Source of the DNA: a virus
Lineage: Duplodnaviria; Heunggongvirae; Uroviricota; Caudoviricetes
IMG/VR virus record: IMGVR_UViG_2531839454_000016
Strand: one strand, 5' to 3'
Length of the DNA: 16,885 nucleotides
The translations under genes and the position numbers were made by a program. Below the pieces are notes generated by a model. It saw only the letters and a list, made by a program, of their open reading frames with translations. It was not told the DNA's origin and made no database searches. Below are positions 8,628 to 16,650 of this stretch, in pieces (within the stretch, counting starts at the first letter, position 1; every line of letters begins with the position of its first letter).

Positions 8628-8888
8628 TTAATTCTGAGATAAAGGCAAACTCATCTGATTGTTTCCCCTGTGTGAAGCTGGCAGCTCATGCCACGGGATA
8701 CCTTCTGAAGAGTGAACGCCGGAGGCGTGTTTTGATGTGAATTTATGGAAAGCTTCCAGTGTTGAGAAGCATACGCCGCATTCCAGATTGTTACACTGGT
8801 AATACTTTTGCCGCACGGTGTTTGAATCATTTTCCGGACGACTGGTGCGGATACGGGCAGATGCGCCACAAAGCGGACAACGGAACAT
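8628..8888 (-). CDS. ogr: Ogr/Delta-family zinc-finger late transcription activator, 86 aa
   Basis: ORF 8628..8888; MFRCPLCGASARIRTSR...YYQCNNLECGVCF matches the P2 Ogr C-x2-C...C-x4-C motif; strong SD GGGAGG; located directly downstream of gpD as in P2. Confidence 0.85.
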   Translation of the reverse strand: MFRCPLCGASARIRTSRPENDSNTVRQKYYQCNNLECGVCFSTLEAFHKFTSKHASGVHSSEGIPWHELPASHRGNNQMSLPLSQN

Positions 8889-8930
8889 AGCGACCTCCCT
8901 TAACGTGGTGCTGCCGCTATTCTAAGTTGC

Positions 8931-10040
8931 TCACTCTGTTTCCGCTATCCATTCCGGGATTTTTGCCTCAAGCTCAAGCTGCGTGGTAAAGCCGCTGTTA
9001 TCAATGGTGTGCTCGGCTTTTGCAATAATCCAGTCCTGATTATCAATCTCGCTTTTAAATCCTGTTACCGTGCCATGCATTTCGGGGTAGAGTTCTGCTC
9101 GTCCACGTGCCAGCGTGATGGAGAATGATGCGGCTCCGCGTTGTAGTTGTTGCCACTTTGCCGCCGCTGCGCGTCTTGCTGCCTGCTCGTTCTGATAAGT
9201 CTTGCGTAACACAAACACATTGCCTTCCGCGCCTTCCATATAATCACCTTCACGGCTGCTGCTTTTCTCCTTTTTGGGTTTTGGCGGTTTGCGGCGTTTC
9301 ACGCTGACTTTTTTCTTTTTCCCGTAATTAAGATCAAGCCAGTAGGCGCGTACCCCCGTATACGCCTCGCGGTCAGCAATGCGGAACTGATGGCGATCGC
9401 CGCTGCTGCGTGTAATGGCGAACGAGGGCAACGGCTGGCCCTGTGCGTTCACGCCACCGCCTGGCATAATGAATAACAGATTGCCGCTTTTTACCGTGGT
9501 GATTGCGCCCAGCATTTCCGCCATGCGCGTAAGGAAGGACATGTCGCTTTCTTCGGTCTGGTCGGCGTGGTCGATTTCGATATCCATCAGCATTTCGCTG
9601 ATTTGCGGTTTCAGACCGTACCGATGAGCGATGGCGGATACCACGCGCTCAACGGTCACATCATGCCAGGACACCTCACGTTTAACGTTAAATTCATCCC
9701 GAAAATCTGCGCTTCTGGCTGAAACAGTCAGCCTGTCCGGCGGTCCTTCGTGAGCGATTTCATCAACAATGTAAGTGCCTTTTTCTGTCAGCGGTTCTCC
9801 TTTCCAGCCAATGAGAACCGTCAGGCGCGCGCCCCGTGGCGGTAGCTGCAACTGACCATCCGCATCATCCAGCGTGATGGTGAGCTGGTCCGCCTCAAAT
9901 CCCCGGTTGTCGGTCAGTGACAGGCTCATCAGGCGCTCTGCCACGCCTGACAGCGTTTTACCCTCCGCGAGAATATCAAAATCCGGCATTTTCACGGGGT
10001 CTGTGCCCTGACTGAGCAATTGCATGGTGGTGTCGGTCAT
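8931..10040 (-). CDS. Phage tail protein D (P2 gpD, late control D family), about 370 aa
   Basis: ORF 8931..10172; start placed at MTDTTMQLL (ATG 10040-10038) preceded by GGGAGGGAG; size and sequence character match P2 gpD. Confidence 0.85.
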   Translation of the reverse strand: MTDTTMQLLSQGTDPVKMPDFDILAEGKTLSGVAERLMSLSLTDNRGFEADQLTITLDDADGQLQLPPRGARLTVLIGWKGEPLTEKGTYIVDEIAHEGPPDRLTVSARSADFRDEFNVKREVSWHDVTVERVVSAIAHRYGLKPQISEMLMDIEIDHADQTEESDMSFLTRMAEMLGAITTVKSGNLLFIMPGGGVNAQGQPLPSFAITRSSGDRHQFRIADREAYTGVRAYWLDLNYGKKKKVSVKRRKPPKPKKEKSSSREGDYMEGAEGNVFVLRKTYQNEQAARRAAAAKWQQLQRGAASFSITLARGRAELYPEMHGTVTGFKSEIDNQDWIIAKAEHTIDNSGFTTQLELEAKIPEWIAETE

Positions 10041-10197
10041 CTGCTCCCTCCCTGTGTGGCATGGTCGCATGTGCGTGCGGAGGGGGTTACTGCTTTTTGT
10101 TGTCGCCGTGGCGGGAGAATGGCGCAGGGGTGAGATTACGCGCGTGGTGGGTGATGATTGTTGCCGAATCATTTAACGGATACAAGGGGCTGAAGCT

Positions 10198-11382
10198 ATG
10201 AGTGAAACTCGTTTTCATGGTGCCCGTGTTACGGAAAATACCGACCTGGTAACAGCGATTAACGATGTTGATTCCAGCGTTATCGGTATCGTGGCAACGG
10301 CGGATGATGCGGACGCGAAGCTGTTCCCGCTGAACAAGCCCACACTGCTGACCCGCGTCAATGACGTGCTGGGAAAATGCGGGACAACGGGGACGCTTTA
10401 TCGTGCGCTTAAGGCCATCGCAGACCAGGTGAGCACAAAGGTGATCGTCGTTCGCGTGGCTGAACACAAAGAAGAAGACGAAAAGACGCAGGATCAACTG
10501 GTTATCGGTGGTTCTGAGGATGACGGCAGCTATACGGGGATGTATGCGCTGCTTGTTGCAGAGCAGGATGAAAGCATCGGATACCGTCCGCGTATTCTGG
10601 CCGCGCCGGAGCTGGACACGGAGGCTGTAACAAAATCCCTGTGCGTGATTGCAGGTAAACTGCGCGCGTTTGTGTATGCCTCATGTCACGGCTGTAATAC
10701 GATGGCTGAGGCGATTACCTACCGCCAGAAATTCAACGAACGTGAGGGGATGCTCCTATGGCCGGACTTCATCGCCTACAACCCGAAAAGTGGCAAAAAC
10801 GAAACGTTCCCCGCGCCTGCCTATGCGTGCGGCCTTCGTGCGTACATTGACCATGAGCAGGGATGGCACAAATCACTGTCCAACGTTCCGGTTAAAAATG
10901 TGCTGGGGATGTCGAGGCATGTGTTCTGGTCGTTGCAGGCCGAAGACAGCGATGCCAACAGCCTCAACAACAAAGAAATCACGACCATTATTCGTCGCAA
11001 CGGGTTCCGATTCTGGGGCAACCGCACACCGGAAACGAACGCCTACATCTTTGAGGTGTATACCCGAACCGCACAGGTGCTGGCTGATTCAATTGCGGAA
11101 GCGCAGTTTGAAACCATCGACAGTCCACTGACGCCTGCGAACGTGAAGGATGTTATCAGTGCCATCAGGGCAAAACTGGATTCACTGGTTACTGCCGGGA
11201 AACTGATTGGCGCGGAGTGCTGGTATGACGTGGTGGATAATAGCACCACGGATTTACGTCAGGGGCGTGTGCGTATTCGCTACAAATATACGCCCGTTCC
11301 GCCACTGGAAGACATGGAGCTTTACCAGACGTTTACTGATGAATACTTTGAACCCGCATTTGCGGTGCTGGGAGGTGCCTGA
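10198..11382 (+). CDS. Contractile tail sheath protein (P2 FI-like), 394 aa
   Basis: ORF 10198..11382; size and position (before tube and E/T/U) match P2 FI; C-terminus overlaps the next start (TGATG). Confidence 0.9.
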   Translation: MSETRFHGARVTENTDLVTAINDVDSSVIGIVATADDADAKLFPLNKPTLLTRVNDVLGKCGTTGTLYRALKAIADQVSTKVIVVRVAEHKEEDEKTQDQLVIGGSEDDGSYTGMYALLVAEQDESIGYRPRILAAPELDTEAVTKSLCVIAGKLRAFVYASCHGCNTMAEAITYRQKFNEREGMLLWPDFIAYNPKSGKNETFPAPAYACGLRAYIDHEQGWHKSLSNVPVKNVLGMSRHVFWSLQAEDSDANSLNNKEITTIIRRNGFRFWGNRTPETNAYIFEVYTRTAQVLADSIAEAQFETIDSPLTPANVKDVISAIRAKLDSLVTAGKLIGAECWYDVVDNSTTDLRQGRVRIRYKYTPVPPLEDMELYQTFTDEYFEPAFAVLGGA

Positions 11383-11894
11383 TGGCTGTGCCAAAACATC
11401 TTCGCTTTTTTACGCTGTTTGTGGATGGTGAAAACGAAGTGGGTAAGGTGACGTCCGTCACTCTACCTAAGCTGACGCGCAAAACCGACAGCTACCGGGG
11501 TGGTGGCATGATGGGTGCGGTAAGTATTGATCTCGGTCTGGACGACTCCGCGCTTGATGCGAGCTTTGTCATGGGGGGCGCAGTTCGTGAGCTGTTCCTT
11601 AAGTATGGCGGCACGATTGACGGCACGCTGCTGCGTTTTGCGGGTGAATACTACACCGATGCAGAAAGCGACCTGTATGAAGTCGAAATGCGCGGACGTG
11701 TGACGGAAATTGATATGGGGGAAGCCAAACAGGGCGAAGCCACATCACACACTTACGCCATTAAAAACACCTACTACAAGCTGAGTGTTAACGATCGCCC
11801 GTTGTGGGAGATTGACCTGCTGAACTTCATTTACCGGAAGGACGGCAAGGACATTGTGCCTGACCGTATCCGTTCCGCGCTCGGGCTTGGCTGA
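11382..11894 (+). CDS. Tail tube protein (P2 FII-like), 170 aa
   Basis: ORF 11382..11894; size and position match P2 FII; SD GGGAGGTG. Confidence 0.9.
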   Translation: MAVPKHLRFFTLFVDGENEVGKVTSVTLPKLTRKTDSYRGGGMMGAVSIDLGLDDSALDASFVMGGAVRELFLKYGGTIDGTLLRFAGEYYTDAESDLYEVEMRGRVTEIDMGEAKQGEATSHTYAIKNTYYKLSVNDRPLWEIDLLNFIYRKDGKDIVPDRIRSALGLG

Positions 11895-11949
11895 TAAGTA
11901 ATATGCAGGCGGCGCAGTGCGTCGCCTCTGACTGAAAAGGAGAAAACTG

Positions 11950-12324
11950 ATGAAAGACATCGATACTGAAACCCGGAATAACACCGTGGCGGATGATGTG
12001 ACGGCAGGTGAGGATATGGCTGTCGAACGTGGCGTAAAACTGACCCGACCAATTGAGCGTGGTGGCGAAAAAATCACGTATGTGGAGATCACCGGGGCTA
12101 TTGAACAGGCTGGATCCCTGCGTGGTCTGTCGCTGTCTGATGTGCTGAATCTGAAAGCGGATACCATGTTCACGCTGTTGCCTCGCGTGACCTCGCCACG
12201 ACTGGATGAAGTGATGATTAAAAAAATGTCGTCACGCGATTTTATTCAGTTGTGCGCTGTGGCTGTAAATTTTATGAGCGAGCCAGACTCTGGCGCGAAG
12301 AGCGCGCAGGAGACGGCAGCGTAA
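11950..12324 (+). CDS. Tail assembly chaperone (P2 gpE-like), 124 aa
   Basis: ORF 11950..12324 between tube and tape-measure genes; SD AAGGAG; gpE-like pattern (L..PI.RGG..I..V.I...G.LRG.SL.D). Confidence 0.75.
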   Translation: MKDIDTETRNNTVADDVTAGEDMAVERGVKLTRPIERGGEKITYVEITGAIEQAGSLRGLSLSDVLNLKADTMFTLLPRVTSPRLDEVMIKKMSSRDFIQLCAVAVNFMSEPDSGAKSAQETAA

Positions 12325-12488
12325 TCACCCTGGTGTGCTTTGAGCACATCGAAGATCTGGTGGCAGATATCGCCGCCATTTTTAACTGGTCGCCCGCCGA
12401 AATCTTCATGATGACGCCCGGCGAAGTGGTTAGCTGGCGTGAGCGGGCGGCACTTCGCAGCGGGAATGCAGACAATGAAGACTCTTGA
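11950..12488 (+). CDS. Predicted E+E' fusion chaperone made by -1 programmed ribosomal frameshift near the end of E
   Basis: The -1 frame is open from 12222 to the stop at 12486-12488, overlapping the last 34 codons of E and ending at the tape-measure start. An A7 run (12220-12226) in the E frame is a candidate slippery site. Confidence 0.5.
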
Positions 12489-15282
12489 TATCCGGGTCGC
12501 TTTCAGCGCCGTTGACAGGCTGACCCGGCCTGCCGAAAACGCCCGCCGCCTGATGGGGCAGTTTGGTGACTCCATCCAGCGAACGCAGGGGGCGATCAAA
12601 AATCTCGAGCGTCAGGCGCGTTCATTTGAGCGCGCCCGTGACGCTGTCAGTAAAGCGGATGCGGGCATCGTGAAAGCACGACGCCAGCTTAACGCCCTTA
12701 ATCAGTTACAACGCACGGGTACAGTGCTCAGCGAAAAACAACAAAAGCTGATGCAGCAGTTAAGCACCCGGCTTGAACGCCTGAATGAATCGCGCACACG
12801 GGAAATTCAGAAAATGCGGGAACTTGGCGGAGAGCTGAAACGCCACGGCATTTCCCTGACAGGCAGCGATAACACCATCCAGCAGGCCATCAGACGCACC
12901 GAACAGTACAACAACCAGCTTGAACGCGAACGGCAGGCGCTTGCGCGTGTAACACGTGCGCGTGAGCGGTATTCGCGCGCGCAGGAAACCGCGGGAAAAC
13001 TGAAAACAGGTGGTGCGCTGGCAATTGGTGCGGCAGCGGCTGGCAGCTATGCTGCCGGGCGTTTTTTGCAGCCTGCGATCGGGTTCGGGAAAGAGATGTC
13101 CCGCGTTCAGGCACTGACGCGAATCGACAAAAACAGCCCGCAGTTTAAGGCGCTGCGTGAGCAGGCGTTAAAACTTGGCTCTGAAACGCAGTTCACCGCA
13201 GGCGATGCCGCCAGTGGGCAGGCATTTCTTGCAATGGCTGGCTTCACACCGCAGGCCATTCAGGCTGCGCTTCCGGGCGTGCTGAGCATGGCAACGGCTG
13301 GCGGTATGGATCTCGGCGAGACGGCGGATATTGGCTCAAATATCCTGACGCAGTTCGGCCTTTCTGCTGACCAGATGGACCGGGTCGGTGACACACTTAC
13401 CGCAGCGTTTACCCGTACCAACACTGACCTTCGCGCACTGGGTGAAACCATGAAATATGCAGGTCCGGTGGCGGGTAAGCTGGGAATATCGCTGGAGCAG
13501 GCCGCAGCGATGGCGGGCGTGCTGGCGAATATGGGTATCAGGGGTAGTGATGCTGGTACGGCAATGCGTGCCAGCCTGGCTCGTCTGGCATCACCGCCAA
13601 AGGCGGCAGCAGAGGCGCTGAAAGAGCTTGGCGTGTCTGTCTCGGATGCCGGGGGCAAAATGCGCCCGATGGAGGATGTGCTGGCTGACCTTTATAAAGC
13701 CACCCGCAAATACGGGGAAGTTGACCGGGTATCGTTCTTTAAGGACATTGCCGGAGAAGAGGCTTTCACATCATTTATGGCCCTCGTTGATGCGGCAGGT
13801 GACGGCTCCTTACCCAAACTGAGAAAAGAACTTGAAGGTGCGCGCGGTGAGGCTGAACGCACGGCAAAGGTTATGGCCAATAACCTTGATGGCGACCTGA
13901 AATCACTCGGCAGTGCATGGGAAGGGCTGCGTATCCGCATTGCAGATCTGATTGATGGTCCGCTGCGTTCTGTCACGCAGTGGCTCACGCGGGTGGTCTC
14001 AAAGGTGACGGCGCTGGCACAGGCCCATCCGGTACTGACGCGCCAGTTACTGATAGCAGGCGGTGCGCTGCTGGCAATGACTGCAACGGTTGGCTCGTTG
14101 TCGCTGGTTATTGGAGTGCTTCACGGGAAGCTGGCCACGTTGCGTCTTGGTTTTTCTCTCCTGACCGGATCAATGAATGCTGTCAGGGTTCTGCCTGCAT
14201 TATGGGGAATGGTGACAGGCTCCATCTCGTTACTGGGAGGCGCTGTCGGGGCGCTGTTCAGTCCGGTCGGGTTGATTGCTGCAGCGTTTGTCGCTGCGGC
14301 GGTTCTCATCTGGAAATACTGGGAACCCATCAAGGCGTTTTATGCCGGGGTGTTCAGTGGGATTATGGAAAGGCTGACCCCGTTGCGCGAAACCTTTGAA
14401 CGGTTTAGTCCTGTTTTTGACGCAATCGGGAGTGGGATCAGCCAGGTGTTTAACTGGTTTAAATCGCTGCTGTCACCGATGGAGTCCAGCAAGGAAACTC
14501 TGGATAAATGTACCAGTGCTGGCGAGATATTCGGTAACGTTCTTGGCGGTGCGTTACAACTTGTTCTGACACCTGCAAAAATGTTGCTGGATACGCTGGC
14601 GTGGATACTTGAAAAGCTTGGTGTGCTTCCGGATGAAGCGGAAAGGGCGCGCAAGAAAATCGAAGACGCACAGCGTGCGGCCATTCTTCAGGACAAGGTT
14701 GCCTTGCTTCAGGGGGACCTGGCGAAAATCAATCCGCCGAAGCCTGTGGAAAATGGCAATGGCACCGGAGGTGATAACCCCAAAGACAATAAACCGCTCA
14801 CAGACAGCAATACCGGTACGCTGCGCAGACTCAGCAAAATTGCTGATAACACAGGTAAGCTGGTTGAGGAGACGAAAAAACGCATTGGCCCCGGCGATAT
14901 TGTCTTTAAAAACCTGCCCCGGGCACTTGCTGTTCGTGGGGAGTGGCAGGAGCGGAAGATTGCGCAGGTCAGTAAGCCTGCCCCCGCAATTAATATCACA
15001 CCCGTGGTCCCGGCTCCGCTGCCTCCGGCGCTGGTCACTGTTGTTGCGGCCAGCTCCCGCCCGGTGGCGGAGGCTATACGATCTCCAGTGGCATCAGTTC
15101 CTGTAACTTCCCGTAACCGGGAGCCTGTTGCCTCCGAATTTGGTGGTGAAATTCATGTTCATCTGCATAACGTTGTTACGCAGAATCCCCGCGAACTGGC
15201 GAAACTGGTCGGTGAAATGGTCAGGGCAGAAATGGAACGGCGCGCCCGTGCCGGGCGTGGCAGTTTTTACGATAAAGATTGA
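12466..15282 (+). CDS. Tail tape measure protein (P2 gpT-like), about 939 aa
   Basis: ORF 12439..15282; long alpha-helical protein with a central hydrophobic segment and Gly/Ala-rich stretches typical of tape-measure proteins; sits between the E/E' chaperone and gpU. Start ambiguous (GTG 12439, ATG 12466 or ATG 12475). Confidence 0.85.
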   Translation: MQTMKTLDIRVAFSAVDRLTRPAENARRLMGQFGDSIQRTQGAIKNLERQARSFERARDAVSKADAGIVKARRQLNALNQLQRTGTVLSEKQQKLMQQLSTRLERLNESRTREIQKMRELGGELKRHGISLTGSDNTIQQAIRRTEQYNNQLERERQALARVTRARERYSRAQETAGKLKTGGALAIGAAAAGSYAAGRFLQPAIGFGKEMSRVQALTRIDKNSPQFKALREQALKLGSETQFTAGDAASGQAFLAMAGFTPQAIQAALPGVLSMATAGGMDLGETADIGSNILTQFGLSADQMDRVGDTLTAAFTRTNTDLRALGETMKYAGPVAGKLGISLEQAAAMAGVLANMGIRGSDAGTAMRASLARLASPPKAAAEALKELGVSVSDAGGKMRPMEDVLADLYKATRKYGEVDRVSFFKDIAGEEAFTSFMALVDAAGDGSLPKLRKELEGARGEAERTAKVMANNLDGDLKSLGSAWEGLRIRIADLIDGPLRSVTQWLTRVVSKVTALAQAHPVLTRQLLIAGGALLAMTATVGSLSLVIGVLHGKLATLRLGFSLLTGSMNAVRVLPALWGMVTGSISLLGGAVGALFSPVGLIAAAFVAAAVLIWKYWEPIKAFYAGVFSGIMERLTPLRETFERFSPVFDAIGSGISQVFNWFKSLLSPMESSKETLDKCTSAGEIFGNVLGGALQLVLTPAKMLLDTLAWILEKLGVLPDEAERARKKIEDAQRAAILQDKVALLQGDLAKINPPKPVENGNGTGGDNPKDNKPLTDSNTGTLRRLSKIADNTGKLVEETKKRIGPGDIVFKNLPRALAVRGEWQERKIAQVSKPAPAINITPVVPAPLPPALVTVVAASSRPVAEAIRSPVASVPVTSRNREPVASEFGGEIHVHLHNVVTQNPRELAKLVGEMVRAEMERRARAGRGSFYDKD

Positions 15283-15294
15283 GGAGTCATGGCC

Positions 15295-15783
15295 ATGATG
15301 ATGATCTACGGCATGTTTGTTTTTGAGCTGCGCACGCTGCCGCATCAGCAGTTACAGCAAAACAAAAGCTGGCGGCATGTGAAAAATGAACGCATTAACC
15401 GTTCAGCAAGCTGGCAGTATATCGGTGCAGGTGATGATCGCATCGTTCTTTCTGGTGTGCTTTATCCTGAAATTACAGGTGGCGAAGTGTCGCTGTCGCT
15501 GCTGACCACGCAGGCTTATACAGGACGACCCTGGCCTTTGATTGATGGCGTCGGGCAGATTTACGGCATGTATGTCCTGACTGGAACGAATACGACCCGT
15601 TCCGAGTTTGATCGCTACGGTAAGGCGAAAAAGATAGAATTTTCACTGACCCTTGAACGCTGTGATGAGGATTTGCGGGAGCGCCTGCAATCCTCATCGT
15701 TCAGTGATATGCTGTCCGGCTTCAAAGATAAGGTCACATCATCCCTTAACAGCGCGGCCAGCTCCGTTAAAGGGCTGTTTTGA
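15295..15783 (+). CDS. Tail protein U (P2 gpU-like), about 162 aa
   Basis: ORF 15289..15783; MMIYGMFVFELRTLP... resembles the P2 gpU N-terminus; SD GAGGAG at 15281-15286 favours the ATG at 15295. Confidence 0.85.
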   Translation: MMMIYGMFVFELRTLPHQQLQQNKSWRHVKNERINRSASWQYIGAGDDRIVLSGVLYPEITGGEVSLSLLTTQAYTGRPWPLIDGVGQIYGMYVLTGTNTTRSEFDRYGKAKKIEFSLTLERCDEDLRERLQSSSFSDMLSGFKDKVTSSLNSAASSVKGLF

Positions 15784-15790
15784 TTAACGC

Positions 15791-15820
15791 AAAACCGCTA
15801 ATGGTCAGATTAGCGGTTTT
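15791..15820. terminator. Perfect 12-bp hairpin between the convergent gpU and invertase genes (likely bidirectional terminator)
   Basis: AAAACCGCTAAT-GGTCAG-ATTAGCGGTTTT followed by CATTTTCC on the plus strand; overlaps the last codons of the invertase. Confidence 0.6.
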
Positions 15821-16409
15821 CATTTTCCTGAGTCTGCCTGGTTGTTTCTTCAGCCTGTATATCGCCTACAGGGTGATAACGATAAATCGTCGATATGCCG
15901 ATGTCGTAAATGATCGCCAGTTGTTTCCTGTCATGACCGTTTTTAATCAGCCTCGCTATTTGCTCGTGTTGTTCTTTTGTCAACTTCGGGCGACGTCCGC
16001 CAATGCGTCCTTGTGCGCGTGCTGCTGCCAGCCCGGCCAGGGTACGCTCTACAATTAATTCACGTTCCATTTCGGCTAAAGCCCCCATGACGTGAAAAAA
16101 GAAACGCCCCATGGGTGTTGATGTGTCAATGCTGTCCGTCAGACTACGGAAATTAACACCTTTTTCCCGCAATTCCTCAATAAGCGTGATCAGGTGTTTC
16201 ATACTTCTGCCCAGTCTGTCCAGCTTCCAGACAACCAGCGTATCTCCTTCTGATAGCGTTCTGATCAGTTTTTTCAATCCCGGTCTGGCTGATTTCGTTC
16301 CGCTGATTTTATCTTCAAAAATTAGTTCACATCCTGCGCACTCCAGCGCGTTACGCTGCAATTCTGTATTCTGGTCATTTGTTGATACGCGGACATAGCC
16401 AATAAGCAT
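15810..16409 (-). CDS. Serine-recombinase DNA invertase (Hin/Gin/Pin/Cin family), 199 aa
   Basis: ORF 15810..16409; MLIGYVRVSTNDQNTELQRNAL...VVWKLDRLGRSMKHL...GRRPKL is near-identical in pattern to e14 Pin and Mu Gin, including the catalytic serine and C-terminal HTH. Confidence 0.92.
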   Translation of the reverse strand: MLIGYVRVSTNDQNTELQRNALECAGCELIFEDKISGTKSARPGLKKLIRTLSEGDTLVVWKLDRLGRSMKHLITLIEELREKGVNFRSLTDSIDTSTPMGRFFFHVMGALAEMERELIVERTLAGLAAARAQGRIGGRRPKLTKEQHEQIARLIKNGHDRKQLAIIYDIGISTIYRYHPVGDIQAEETTRQTQENENR

Positions 16410-16465
16410 GATGGATCCCCTGAATAAAAACCGGGGATGATGCCAGTTAGCCGTAATCTCTGCAT

Positions 16466-16491
16466 TTTCTTAAACGTTGGTTTGGGAGAAG
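16466..16491. other. hix/gix/cix-type 26-bp invertase crossover site
   Basis: Reverse complement TTCTCCCAAACCAACGTTTAAGAAAA matches hixL TTCTTGAAAACCAAGGTTTTTGATAA at about 20 of 26 positions (AAACC..GTTT core); about 57 bp upstream of the invertase start. Confidence 0.7.
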
Positions 16492-16650
16492 CGGCGAAAA
16501 GGGATGTGGGCACAGGAGAAAATCAGATACCGGATATGTCAGCCTGGAAAAGAAATCCGAGTTCTAATCGCTGGAGAAAATTGCCTGATGGAACCATCAT
16601 TCAAATGGGAATATCAGCATCAGGGCCATTAGGCTCACCCGACCAATAAA

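Noticed and set aside
8368-8740. Plus-strand ORFs 8368..8631 and 8516..8740 in the ogr/hok region
   Set aside because: 8368..8631 is the antisense frame of the Hok-like gene and its leader; 8516..8740 lies mostly antisense to ogr. Neither has recognisable signatures, while the minus strand carries clear Hok and Ogr motifs.
10087-10497. Minus-strand 136-aa ORF spanning the gpD/FI intergenic region and the FI start
   Set aside because: It overlaps the 5' end of the sheath gene in antisense and would run through the divergent promoter region; no SD, no motifs.
12890-15038. Several minus-strand and alternative-frame ORFs (74-165 aa) inside the tape-measure gene
   Set aside because: The GC-rich, repetitive tape-measure coding sequence generates long spurious open frames; none has a start context or recognisable domain.
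15784-15830. Second hix/gix-like crossover site at the gpU/invertase junction that would explain the tail-block inversion
   Set aside because: The hairpin contains AAACC and GGTTT but separated by about 20 bp, not the 2-4 bp of a crossover site; no matching site was found at the gpD/FI junction either.
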